Shown here one piece after another: positions 51,245 through 64,000 of a DNA stretch of 64,000 nucleotides. This DNA comes from Podarcis vaucheri. Lineage: Eukaryota. Within the stretch, counting starts at the first letter, position 1, and each line of letters opens with the position of its first letter. The stretch is taken from the NCBI GenBank assembly GCA_965113315.1, contig OZ220364.1; one strand, given 5' to 3'. Under the pieces are notes generated by a model. It was not told the DNA's origin and did not search any database. It worked only from the letters and a program-made list of their open reading frames with translations. The position numbers and the translations under genes were made by a program.

Positions 51245-52674
51245 AACATGGATAATAGGCATTTATTAATAGGCCAATCATCCATTAATTTAGCAACTTT
51301 GCTGCAAAGGTTTTCATCAGCTGCAGCTCCTGGACCAGCCATTAAGGAAAGCATCACACAGAACAATTGTATTCTATATGTGGAGATATCCTGCCGGCAC
51401 ACTTTGATATCTACTAATAACCAATTCATATAGGTGAGCAAACTAAACACGTAAGATTGGGTCTGTGGTCCACAATTAATGCAGTTTAATGAGCAAGGAA
51501 TACTAAGATGTAATCTGCATGTAGCTCAAAAATCAGGTCCCTGTAAATGCAGAAATGTCACTTCATTCCAAGTACAGTGGTTAAGTATTGCCAATGAATG
51601 GGTGTTACAACAGCTTCCAGGAGAGGGAACTGGCAACTTCACCTGATGTGTAACGTTGTGCCATTATAGATGAATCTTGCAGCCTTGGGGGTGGGGGTGG
51701 GGACTCAAAAGATGTCCACTAACACACCAGAAATGACTTTTTCACACAGTCAGCTTGGCAAAACCCTAACTTTCCCTCTGCCTGGTCTCCTGACTCGTGC
51801 TAAGGAAACAGAACACAGTGTGAGCTCTTTGGGAGCACTTACTGGGTCCTCCTCCTGATGCCAATGAATTACAAACCTCAGCTCAGCCTCTTGATGTGCC
51901 AGACATGCTAACAGAGGCTTGACAGATTGCAGCTCTTGGGAAGCACTGGTTTTTCCTCAGATGTAGAGCTGGCTCCAGGGAACAGTTGGCAGGTCAAGCT
52001 GCTTGTTTCTGCCCAACAGAGCAAAACCAAGTGTTTGTGCTGCCGTAGTACAACTTGGCCAAAATACGCTTGATCTCCAGTTTCCAAGGTGGAGCTTGGG
52101 AGCAGGGGGTGGGAGATGATTTGTTTGCCCAGGATAAGAATCATTCAGTGGCTGATTCTCCTGCTGTGAAAGTGTGTGCATGGGGCGGGGGTCTCAGGAG
52201 CCAGGCAGGATATTGAACAATGAGAACCATTATGTGGGTTTCATGCTTTTCCACAGACATCTAGTGTGGCTGATTATCAGAGAAAAAGGACCAGCCGTTG
52301 AGTTTGCTGTGGTAACTCCTCTAAGCTTAACTTTTGTGTTTTTCCACATGCCTACTCCCTACCCCATGCAAGAGGCGCTGGATGCCACGGAGCACGTCAA
52401 CCTTGATAGAGTTTTCTAACAGGACGCTAAAGGTTCATTGGGACACTAAGAACCCCCGAGAGATCATATGAGAAAGGAAGGAGTAACTGGGTGGGATCTG
52501 GACTCTCACTAAGTGGGGCAGGCCTGAATGAATTCTGAAATGTTTGCATTTGTCAATATTATTCATCCAAATTTGAAAACTTCAGAATGTTAAAATGCAC
52601 ACTTCATTTGTTTATTTCTTTAACTGAGTTCATGAAGCTTTGAAAAATATCTGTGACTGTTTTAAAACCAGTCT

Positions 52675-52813
52675 GGGGAAGGGTTGCAGCTTAGTGGTAG
52701 AGCATCTAGTTCAGTAGGGCTGGGAAGAATTATCTCTCTGAAACCCTGCATAGCCATAGCCAGTCAGTGCAGCCAATAGTGAGCTAGAGACGGACCAATG
52801 GTCTGATTCAGTG
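52675..52813 (+). mobile_element. Squam3-like SINE, internally deleted
   Basis: GCAGCTTAGTGGTAGAGCATCT...CTGAAACCCTG...GGACCAATGGTCTGATTCAGT. Confidence 0.7.
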
Positions 52814-53207
52814 CATGTGTGTATATGTACTTGTGTTGTATACTTGATGTTATAAGATTAGTTAGTATGGGGAAGGAGTGGGGAACCTTTTTCAGCCCAA
52901 AGGCTACAGCCTTTCCAATAGCGGGGAGAGCTGAAGGCAAGTAAGTTGGCCAAATAATGGATGTGGCTCTTACTGTTGTCCAGTAAGCTACATCCCAGCG
53001 AATCCTTTTGATTCATAATCTACAAAAAAACAAGCTAGAAAAGAGAAGGCAATAAATGCAACATGTGAGGGGAAGGCGCCACAAACATGGCAATGCATCT
53101 ATACCCCTTTTTAGATTTGGTATTACTATGCAAGGCAACAAAGATAACTAGAGAAAATAAATGGCTGAAAGGACTGGATGTGTTCTACCTAGAGAGAAGA
53201 GAATTGC

Positions 53208-53258
53208 TGATAGATGATAGATAGCTAGATAGCTAGCTCGATAGATAGATGATAGATA
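53208..53258. repeat. Imperfect (GATA/GCTA)n microsatellite
   Basis: Read directly from the sequence. Confidence 0.9.
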
Positions 53259-54844
53259 TATTTTTAAAAACCTATTTATATTTTAGAATATATTTCTATT
53301 CATCTATAATATTTAGAAAATGTGTAAAAATAGATAAATCAGAATAAAGAATGGAGGAAACTCTTCTTCCTATTAGTTAGAAAAAGAAGCAGAGGTTTAA
53401 AAATTCACAGAAAGTAAAAAGTGAGTGAAACAGTGAAGAATAAACTGCCAGTGGACGATACTGAATTTCCTTCAAAAAAGAAAGGAAAGGAGAGGAAAAC
53501 GGGGACCAAGGTTGATGAGGAACATGGCAGGAGTGTTTGTGGGTAAATTTGCCAGCAATTTGTGAAACAGGGTAGAGGTTCAAAACCATAATGTGGAGGG
53601 AGGAGTTAATTCTTTACTCCATGCTCAGTGAAAATTGCTCCCCAAGCTACTATTTTCACAGCAGGGAAAAACAAACAGGTATGATTTTGGTAGAGAAGCG
53701 TTTTTGAAGAGGTTTGTGGGTTTTTTCCCAGGAGACAAATTTATTAACCCAGGTAGTATAAAGCTGAACATATTTCAGGCAATGAAGCTGAAATCAGAAT
53801 AGGAATAGCTCATGTGTTGTACATGTGATGCTAGAATGACAGGGTTTTTAAAAGATTTTTAATTGCATCTCTGAGTTTTCCATCACTTAAAATCCATTGC
53901 CTTAAAATCTGTACATTGTCAGGATTGCAAAAATAGCCCCCTTTTGATATATTGAAGGAGGGGAGGTTTGATTCAAAATTTATTTTGTTTAATAAAATGT
54001 ATATAACCATTTGATTGTAAAAACAAACCTCAAAGCAGTTAACAAAATAAAATGATCTAAATAAACAATTTACCATTTTGTGAATGAAATGTATCCCTCA
54101 TATATAAAAGGAAAGGCTATTTTTAATTCTTTCATTTTCATTCCATCAGTGTAGCTCCCTTTTATTAGCTGTATTCACAGGAATGCAGTGGCCGTCAATC
54201 CTCAGCAACACATTCCACACTGAAGATTTCTCACACCTGTGACATTCTGCACCAACTTTCAATATCACTGTTGTACTGTAATGGGCTCTGTTACTTTTTT
54301 CTGATTGACATGCTGATCTACATGTATGTTGCTACTTGCTTTGGCTATTGATAATATTTGTCGTGTTGTTAAGTTTAAATCAACGAAAGCAATGTTTTTT
54401 TATAAAAACAGCACCACCACGACTCTTTAAGCCAAATCTGTATCCTTATATTTGTGAGAGTTCCTTACCTAAGGTCACTGCTTCACATCTGTGAAGATAT
54501 TCAAAAATTGTAGAACCCAATACAGTATGAGGAGCAGAAGAACTGCACGTCTGGCATATGGAATTTAATTGGTAAGCTAAGAAAAGGCGCCCAGTAGTTC
54601 TGCTTATGAGAGTACAAACATAAATTGGGAGTGCAGTGAATAATGAGAGAATTGTGGGGCTGCGATATATGCTTCACCATCTCCCTCAGTCCAACACTAG
54701 CATATCCAAACAAGAAAAGATCAATCAGCTAACGACCTGCAAGACATAGGCCAAGGTCCCACCCCGGAATAGCACCACGGAAAGTCAACATGAATGGATG
54801 CAAAGGGAAAGTCTCTGTGTTGCCAGAGTCAATTCTGAAACACA

Positions 54845-55290
54845 GGGTGTTAAAATCAGCAGTCCTCCCTTTCCTTCCTTTTGTTTGCTATCTTCAAAAA
54901 GGAATCAGCCTTCGATGCAGCTTGTCAAGCCAAGGCTTTGCTTTCAAAACATTAAACAGGTGTGAAGAGCTTGTTTGCTCAGATATGCTAGCGCCCCTTG
55001 AGGATTGTTGACAGAGCACTCTTTTGTGAACAGGGGCTGGCTGACCCTTCAGCAAACACAGCCAGTTTATGCCCAGGGGCTTTATCTAGGAGAGATCTAA
55101 GGGAGAAGGAGACCCAATGGCTTCTTTGACTGACACCCTGGCCAGAGTTATCACCAACTTGCCTAGGATATGAAAAGCATTACAGGGAGGTGTCAGGGCA
55201 AGTCCTGGGTCAGGGCAAACACCTCACAGCTGTTTGGATGTTTCACTAAAGCCACATCAGCCAGCGACAGGCAACATGTTCAACACCGAG
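54845..55290. promoter_or_regulatory. Candidate intronic enhancer (FOX + T-box motif cluster)
   Basis: Four TGTTTGC/GCAAACA and four to five (A/G)GGTGT(G/C/T) sites in ~450 bp with no repeat that I recognise. Confidence 0.35.
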
Positions 55291-57872
55291 GTCACCACCT
55301 GGTGTGTGCTAAGGCATTCTGGCTGTTTTTCTGACTCTCTTCTTTTCAATAAAGTGCCACTCACAGTTCTACACTATGATTAGTTTCTACATTTACAGGA
55401 AATGATTTCACAGGTATTAATAAGCAATGGGCATTTTTTCCCCACTGCGGGAAGCGGCAGTCCCAGGGTCAACATTGGACTCATGTTATAATATAAGAAA
55501 CATAGGTCATTTGCAGGCGTGATAACCTGGTTTATAAATTGCTTTTGAATTTTTTAATTGTAAATTTAAACTTGGAGAAAATATAAAATATGCAATGCTT
55601 CTAAACTCTGTGTGGTTATATTTCAAATAAAATTTCAGAAGCCATGATTAAATAAATTCAAACTTATTTTAATTTGCCCCCTGGCTTCTGAGTGTGTAGA
55701 ATTTGTTGGTAGTACAGTTTCAAAATTATTTCAAGAGAAGGAGAAAAGCAAAGCAGCTTTAAGGCTTTACATGGAAGTCTCCGAGTATGTTGCTCTCAGA
55801 GCAAAACAGTGTCATGGAGGGCACTGCTCTATATTTCTTTTCTGTCTCTTGAATACTTACCATGCTTTTACATACCACACTGAAATTGTCTGGACCACCT
55901 TTTCTGTGTCTATGAATACTCTTGTCTAAAACTTAGGAAATCTTTGAGCCCTAGAAGGAACTTACACCCTCAATAATGGACCAGGCGACACTACTAAAAA
56001 CTACTTGCCAATGTTGTTTTCTTGCTGACCAGTTCGCTCTATATTTTCCTCACTGATTTTCCAATGCAAGATATTGCCAAAATCATACTAGCTACAGCCA
56101 ATACTATCTTGATCGGATAGTATTTATGAGAAGTATGCAGCAGATGAATCCCAAGCTGAAGTGCAGGAATTCTAAAAGTGAAGCAGGGTCTGCATAAGGT
56201 GCCCCAAACCAAAGCAAGGATCCCCTAAAGCATTTTGTGATGTCTTGGTGATTTAGGTATCAGAACAATGCTACAAACAAGTGTTTGCTAAACATGAAAC
56301 TAAAGGATTGCATCCAAATAAGTTCTATTCAGAGTACGCTCATTTAATGTAATGTACCTAAGTTACTCATGTTCCCTAATTCTATTAATGTATCTAGCAT
56401 GGGGTGAAAGGGAAGAGAAAGCTCCATGGTGACTGACAGGCAAAGCTTGTCATCAGAAGGAATTATTTTACCTGGACTCTCCAATCCCACTGCTTTGGGA
56501 CAGGGATGCTGAGGTAAATAAACAGCCTTGGTTTTATGCGCTTCTGGCTCTTTCAGAAGTTCTGTCTCTGAGAAAGAAGAATGCTATTAAAAGAGTTCTA
56601 GTGGAGTAATTGGAGTGAGACTTTTCTTTTCCTTACGTCCAGCCTAGTCCCTCCCTTTGCCCACCCTTTCTTTTTAAATCCTATAGTTCTTTTCTTCACA
56701 TTTAAATCTTCCATTGTTAGCTTGTTCTTATTAGAGTCAGTGGACCCCCGCTTTTCCCCTTTGAATACTTCTGGTCTGAAGAGTTGATGTAAGTTCAGTA
56801 ATCTGTTTTATTTAGTCTGTCTCAAGTGATTTTATTCAGCCGTGGTCTACTTTACATTATTAAATTCTTAGTGTGTGTTTGTGTGTGAATTTTTCACATG
56901 CATGCACACACCTTAGTCTATCCAAAGTGATATATTATATTTCCTGTATTATTTATCAGCTAAGCCTGCCTTAAGTCATTGTATTATTACTAGAGGTTGC
57001 ACCTCTGCTTACTTCGCCACCCCTGCCACCCGTCCCACCTCACCAACCCCTACTCCCTGGACCTCACTAACCCTCCACTCCTGCCCCCACTAAGTCCTTT
57101 GCTTGCCAACTCCCTCCTGCTCCCCCCCACTCTGCCCCCCTCCCCATGAAAACCCATTAGACCTTTTCCTTTTCATCTCACATCAGCATTGCTTCTGCAA
57201 TATATTACAAGGCTGCGGCCTAAGGCAGGGAGTAGGAGAGCCCTCAACTCAGGTGCCTCTAAGCATTAACAGAGTACTCTTATCTAGAGGGAGGGAAAGG
57301 CTTGAAAAGCACAAAGGAGAGATAGATTTCCCCCTCCCTTAAGACTTTCTCCTAAGAGAAGGAGGGCCTATTATGCCTACACATTTCATCCACTTATACC
57401 AAATTGGGCAACAGTTATAGCAATAAAAAGAAATACAACATCTAGCAGCCTCTTAAGTGCTTTGGACTGAGGTAGACTGTTTTATGAAGCACTAAATCAT
57501 AGTCCAGAGCAAATTCTGGGGTTGCAGCAAACCCTTCTGGCAAAACACAAAAACAAAATCCAAAGCAAGTCCAGCATTTACTGATCCAGACTAAGGGCTT
57601 TAGCGGACACTGAAACTGATGACAGTATCTGCATGTTGAAAGCATCTTTAAACTTGGCCAAGGTAAAACTAAAAACACAACACACACAAGCTGGAACATA
57701 AAACCCATCCTGCTGGATTAGCCCAAAAGTCCATCAAATTCAGCACCTTGCTTCTCCCAGACAACCAAATGCCTTAACGGAGCCCACAAACAGGGCATGC
57801 AGGCAAGAGCTCTTCCCTACTTTTGTGCCCAGCAACTGGCATGTAGTGCATATTGCCTCTGAACATAAACAT

Positions 57873-58010
57873 AGGGACATAAGAAGCTGCTTTATACTGA
57901 ATCAGAATGTTGGTCCAACTAGCTCAGTATTTTCTACACTGACTAGTAGCTGCTCTCCAGGATTTCAGATAGAAGTCTCTTCCAACCCTACCTAGAAATG
58001 CCAGGGATTG
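57873..58010 (-). mobile_element. Squam3-like SINE, 3' part
   Basis: GGACATAAGAAGCTGCTTTATACTGAATCAG...CTAGCTCAGTATT...ATGCCAGGGATTG. Confidence 0.72.
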
Positions 58011-58235
58011 CACTTTCTTGAACTAAAACAATGATAAAAGCTCACCAAATCATTTCTAGAATTACCAAGGCATCTTTGAGGCAGGTGATTGCTGTGTACA
58101 TATCCAGTACCCATCCCACTGTGTCCACTTCAGCCCCATTGCTCCCCTATAACAAGGGAGCTTGCACTTTCTCTTTTATGGACATCAGCACTCTGATCTC
58201 AGCAGCTCTGAACTGCAAGCAAGCTTTCGTTAGGC

Positions 58236-58367
58236 CAGGGGTAGCCAATATGGTACCTTCCAGATGTTTTGGACTCCAACTCCCATCAACCCCAGCCAAT
58301 ATGGCCAATGGTCGGAGTGATAGAGCCTGTAGTCCAGCAACATCTTACACATGTTTGGCTACCCCTG
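58236..58367. mobile_element. Short palindromic hAT-type MITE (common squamate family); degraded relatives at ~19784-19898 and ~45788-45898
   Basis: TIR CAGGGGTAGCCAA / TTGGCTACCCCTG, internal inverted AGATGTTTTGGACT...AGTCCAGCAACATCT, degenerate 8-bp TSD CGTTAGGC/TATTGGGC. Confidence 0.8.
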
Positions 58368-61300
58368 TATTGGGCATTTAACTGCCTTTTGCTCCTTTAG
58401 GGATTCACAGAGTGTTCACCCTGTACACAATACACTTCAAGGTGAGTAAGAATTAGAAAAAGGATTGCTGCTTCATGAAACCAAAATTACCAAAACATCA
58501 GTTTAGTTGAGGAATACACATACACCTTCTTGTTGAGTTAACAAAGAAGTTGATTAAAAGTTCTGAATACATTTGAATAGAGCAATCAGAAAATGTAATC
58601 ACTATATTAGAAAATAAATATGATTGCAAGGAGAGATTTAAAAGGGAACATTTTGCTCTGCCACTGGGCACTGGTAGCTCCAGCAACATAGTACCAGCCA
58701 TGGTTGTCCCATGAAGACAGCAAAGCAACCTGTTCTGCCCCAATCACGCACCGTATTGTGCATTAGGAAAGAAGATGCAGTATGACTGGTGCAGTCAATG
58801 TACTGTGTGAATGTTTTGAGAAGATACTTGCTGACTGAAGTGTATGGATGCAGGCGTGCAGGGACCATACCATACATTATTACTCCAAATAAGACCTGAG
58901 TTCAACAGTGAATATTCCATCAACAGAGAGATACAGCCCATCCCAGCTCCTTGACCTACGTACCTGCATGACACATCGGTTTGACACAGTTACACTATGG
59001 ATGTACTCTTAAAACATCTTAATGTGTTCAACTGAACATGGAATATATGAAGGGACCATTACAAAGTAATATTTCAATTGTCAGAGACCATATACAGAGT
59101 CTCCCATAAATGGGATGGGGGAAAAGCAGGAAGAAATCATGCAAGAGAGCTGCCTTTTGACACCATACCAAAATGTGCAGATAACTCCTAACTTATGGCC
59201 CACATTACTGGTGGGGGTTTGGTGGAGGTACCCCTTGTTGGACTCTGTGGGGTTCTGATGGTGATGGTGGTAGGCTCTGCCAGCAAAGAAGCCCCCATTG
59301 CTCCTGCCAAAAAGTGCAGTGGAGCACATGCTATTACTGGTGGTGTTCCTGTTGGGAGTAGCTGATAGCAGGTCGCAAAATGAAATGTTTGGGGAGCAGG
59401 GGCAGACCCTGGCAGTGATGGATTTGCTAGATCCAAAGCAGGGCCTGTTCCTGGAGAGGGGCACAGTCCAGGCCTCTGTGCTGTGTCAGCCTGGAGTTGG
59501 TGAAACAGCATATGCTGGAAAACTGGGCCCCACCTTATATCCTGGCCAGCAGGACTGTGGAAGTAGCAGACAATCCATTGGTGTGTGCCTCCTTCCCCAA
59601 TTAAGGTACCTCTGTAACAGCTGGTACAAGTCCTTCACTTGGCAAACATGGCTTATAATCTCTTTAGATAAACAGGTGCAGAAGAGTGTGACATAGCAAG
59701 GAGAATAACCAGGAAACGTTCCCTTAAATGTCGATAGCTTTCAAAGCAAGTGCCTACACAACTAGTTTCAAACAAGCTAAGCAATTTTACCCTCAAGGTC
59801 AACCTAACTAGTGACCTGTTGCTACTGTTTTTAGACTCGCCTGCTCACTTGCTTGAGCCATCTGGAGCTGTTTTACTAGAATCAACTGTGCAAGCCCATC
59901 TGACAGACATATATGGTTCTTTGTTTGCTCCTGCTACCCACCTGTAGCATTCTGGTATAAAAATAAAATGAGCTAATTGGGAACTGGTAGGAAGATGAAT
60001 GGTGTGCATGTGATTCAGTGTATAGCTCATGCAACCTTGGGGTGGCAGGAATGAGCTAAACTGCACGTGGATATATTTAATCTTCCATGCTTTTGTGAAA
60101 AGCATTTAAAGTGGTTCATATCCTTTGATTGTTTAAATGCTAATATCTCTTTGCATTAAAACATGCAGTATCTCAAAGCGGTAGAATGCTTAAAGTGGGT
60201 GCTCTTGTCAGAGTTTTGAACTCTGCAAGCCTGTTATTGGCTGTAACACCTACAGCCCCATGTCTATAATCCTGGATTCCCAATTCCCTGTCAACAACAA
60301 ACAAGTGCCATGCATAGAGAAAGGGCACAAGAAAGGCAGGCAGTGAAAAGAGCAGGTTTAGATAATTGATGCTGACAAACTGAGGTGGAAGGAGGGATAA
60401 GCATGGAGAAAGACCCGCTTGCTTCATGATGGCATGGCTACTGGATTCCCAAGTGTGCCAAAAAAGATTTATATCAGAGTCATTTAATTAGTTTATTGCA
60501 GGCAATTAGCTCCATCACTTATGTTTCCCCTCAGGGCAGCTTAAGCAACGCAGAAGGATGTGGAAGGTGCTCAAGAGAAGCTTTGTTTTCCCATGTAAAC
60601 CAGGGAAATTCTGAGCTTTCCCTAACACACGAAGCAGAGCAGGCTAGGAACAGCAGATACTGAGGATATCTGTTTAAGCTCTAGAGTGTCAGGTGCAATG
60701 ATCCTTGAGCTTGCAGGTTCTTGGAGGGGAAGAATTGAAAGAACAAAGGCAGTAATAACAGTAACAATTTTAGTACTTATAAATGTGCAATCACTCTATA
60801 TCTTACCAATACTGTAAGGAGAATTATCAGTATTATGTCGTCTAGAAATCTGTAGCAATTTTTCCATGAATCACCAATTCTGGCAACTCTCCCATAGGCT
60901 CTTTGAAGAAAACCTGCCTGCCTTCAAGTTCTCCTTGGGGGCCCTCTTCAGGACACCCTGTAATCTGAAATGAGGTAGATTCTCCTCAGCTATTAAGGGA
61001 GAATTACCTGACAATTTGTTATCATTTCAGGGCCAGGCAAAAAACCCTTTTGTATTCCCATGCAGTTTAACAAATTTAGTTTGTTGGCTTAGTTTTCTCC
61101 TGCTTTTGTCTGTTATTAGTCTGATACTAATTGCACTCTAATAGGTTATATTTTGCAAAGCTGCTCTGGAAAAACCTTTTTGTAGGGTGGGATATCAGTT
61201 CTCTAAATAAATGACTACACAAATATACAAAAATACTTTTTCACAAGTAACAACAGCAACATGTTCCTAATCCCCGACCCTAAGAAGTGTTTCTATGGAA

Positions 61301-64000
61301 TTCAAATTCTAATGCAATGAAATATATTGTATACATAAGAAATAAAAGAAGCAATAAAAAATACAATCAAAAACCATCCAGCATCTAGCACAGTGTATTC
61401 CAGTTGCTTCAACAGGCAGAAATATTATTAAGTGGTCCTCCCAAGACCCTCAGGAATTTTCAAGTGCTCCTTGGAAACTTAAGTTTGAGAACCACTGTCC
61501 TATGGTCTATGTGGGATGCCCTCCCCAGAAATGTAATATTACACCTACAGAAATCTTTAATTTTCTATATTTGGTAAACCTGTATTAAGCTTTAAAAATA
61601 TATAATAAATGAAACGGGGGGGGGGGGAATATATAACAGCAGCATTTGTCAAGAACTCCAGAAAAGTAGGTGAGTAGAAACCTCCAGCAGTTCACCATTA
61701 TACATCCTAAAACCATTCCCATAATCCCTACTCCCACTTATGCTGTCACTATCTGGACAGAATAAGGCAATAAAGACTTTTCTTATTTGTGGAGGGAAGA
61801 AAAGGAAGGAATTCTTTTTCTTAACTAAAAAGATGCATAAAATATACATAAGACTAAAATTAACTTGTTGCATTATTTTAGCCTAATTTAAAGTTATGCA
61901 GATTAAATTACTAGAAAATATACATTAAGTGTCTAAAATCAAGTAATAAATTTATCTTGAGGTCTTTATTTGAAAGACAGTCCTAAGAGCTTTACGGGGG
62001 AATCCACTGCAACATTTTGTTGCAGGCCCCACATTCATCATCACTCCAGTCTTTGACAAAAAGGATAAGTAAAATAAAAAGGCATATTATTATAAGTATT
62101 AAGACAATGGGTGTAAATTAAGAAAAAATATTTCAGTATTTAATCATTTAAAATATTTAATAATTAAATTAAAATAAGAAATATATTAAGTTACAGAATT
62201 CAAAACCATCCAATGATAACTGATGAGTAACTGGGACTGAGGGTCACTGACTTGCATAGAGCAAGTCAAACAATGGATCTTAGTGGGAATCTCAGACCAG
62301 CCTAGTTCACATAAGGACTCAGAAATCAAAGCCTCAGCCTCAAGCGTTACAACGTGGCGTCATTGCATCATTTAGTCTGTAGTTTGTGAAGGATCCAACT
62401 TTCTCTCAACCATGATGAAATCTTCTCTGCAGTGCTCATGTTACTGGGAAGAAGCTAACCTAAAGATGCAGTTAAAATATTTAGTTAAAACTTAAAAAGT
62501 CAAGAGAAATATCATCAATGTAGGTTGATGCAAACAAACAAGGGAGAGACTCTTTCCACTGCCTTGCAGATTGATACCTCCAAGTTAGTTCAAAATGCTG
62601 GCATTGGCAAGAACAGAGGATGCCAACCATATAAGCAGGGCGTCAGAACCAATATGATCTCCTCTCCCTTTTTTGTTTAAAAGGCTATTTTTTATTACTC
62701 TCTTCTGTAGAAATTGCTTGAAAGTCACACTGTGCAATATATGCATAGACTTTGCAGCAAGAGTGATTCTCGTCATGAAGTTCAGCCAAGTGGAGACTGG
62801 ACGGAAGAACTCTGCAGATCAAAGTACTGCCAGGGAAGTTGTGGGAGAGAATCTGTCTCCCTCACTCCTGCATTTTCTCTGGTGGGCTGTATGGCTTGGA
62901 ACTGTGCCACAAGCAGCCAGACAGAATCTCCCTGACAGAGAAAAGGCATAAGACCACCTACACAGCAACTCCTTGCAAGCATGAGCAGAACAAGTTCTGC
63001 ACAATGCCACCAGTATTATGTATTGCTGCAGCAGTTCAAGTGAAGTGATGGGGCCCCGTAACATAAAGCAGGGCCCCACAGAAGCTCCCAGGGCAGCCCA
63101 GATTCTAAAAAGGACACGCTCTCCACCACTGGCAGCTTTGCAGTGTGCTATCCTTTAAGCATCACCATACATATTATCTCAACTTGGCTCTCTCCAGCTA
63201 GGTGTTGCAAATTATTATAGTGATTGCAAAGCTCTATGCAAGAGTCCATCAAGCAGTTTTCATGACAGAACATTCTAAGTTTCACTCGGTTCCAATTATC
63301 TGGTTTAATAAATGTTGTCATCCCCCATGTAATAACTTTTTAAAAATTATCTATTTTTTTGTGTGTTTTTTGCTGGGGAGATACACTGACAAATCATTTC
63401 CTGAACTGTGGGAGGGAGAGGGGTTTTATTTCCCCGCCGTGTGGATGTTTTTAATAACATCGATTGTCTGCAAAAGGCTTTCTGACCTCAAAACAACTCC
63501 TGGTTCAGTGCATTCCTTCCAAACCACAAACCCAGTTAGAATTTCTTTACACAAACAGGAGGACTGTTTTCAACAACAATACACAATAAACCAAGGAGCT
63601 AGATCTTAAGGGGGGGCAAGTGGGAATCTCCTGGAATTCACATTTGACCTGAATGGGCTGGTGCAAGCAGAAACCTGCCAGCGTCTGCCTTGTTTTTAAC
63701 TGATCTGCTGTGCCAGGGCTTTTACACAGGCCAAGTCATCTTCCTAATTCTCTGGCATTTCCCTACACCCTCCATGTATAAAGAGAGTTGTACTCTGCAG
63801 AGACGTCAGTATTTGTCCTTACGCCACTTTAAGCACCAAATCACTTAAAGATGTTTGGTTAATAAATGCTTCTGGGACATGCAAGGGGCCCTAGAACAGA
63901 AAGCAAAGAGAAAATGCTCATCTTGAGCATTTCACAAGCAGATCCAGCTTCGGTATTTAGCAGAGTTGAACAACTTTGCACATATCTCATTTAAGCCCCA

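Overview
Vertebrate genomic DNA from a squamate. The Sauria SINE, BovB and Squam-type SINE content suggests a lizard, most likely a lacertid. The whole window lies inside the netrin-1 gene (NTN1) on the minus strand. Four internal coding exons are present, each with canonical AG/GT borders: 43687-43875 (189 nt, LE2/V-2), 27455-27604 (150 nt, LE3/V-3), 25968-26021 (54 nt linker, missed by the ORF track) and 8842-8916 (75 nt, start of the NTR/C domain). The large 5' LN exon and the last exon lie outside the window. The rest is intronic. It holds a young 5'-truncated BovB LINE with an intact RT frame, a full-length Sauria SINE with TSD, an L1 3' end with TSD, several TA-flanked Tc1/mariner-pogo MITEs, hAT MITEs, degraded CR1/L2/tRNA-derived SINEs and microsatellites. 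I found no convincing novel multi-gene system. The best leads are: a pre-miRNA-sized, near-perfect hairpin carried inside a MITE; an all-phase-1 exon architecture that permits in-frame skipping or stop-free circRNAs; a CpG-dense young MITE; and candidate intronic enhancers (a FOX + T-box cluster, among others). Repeat family names come from recognition of sequence, not from a database search.
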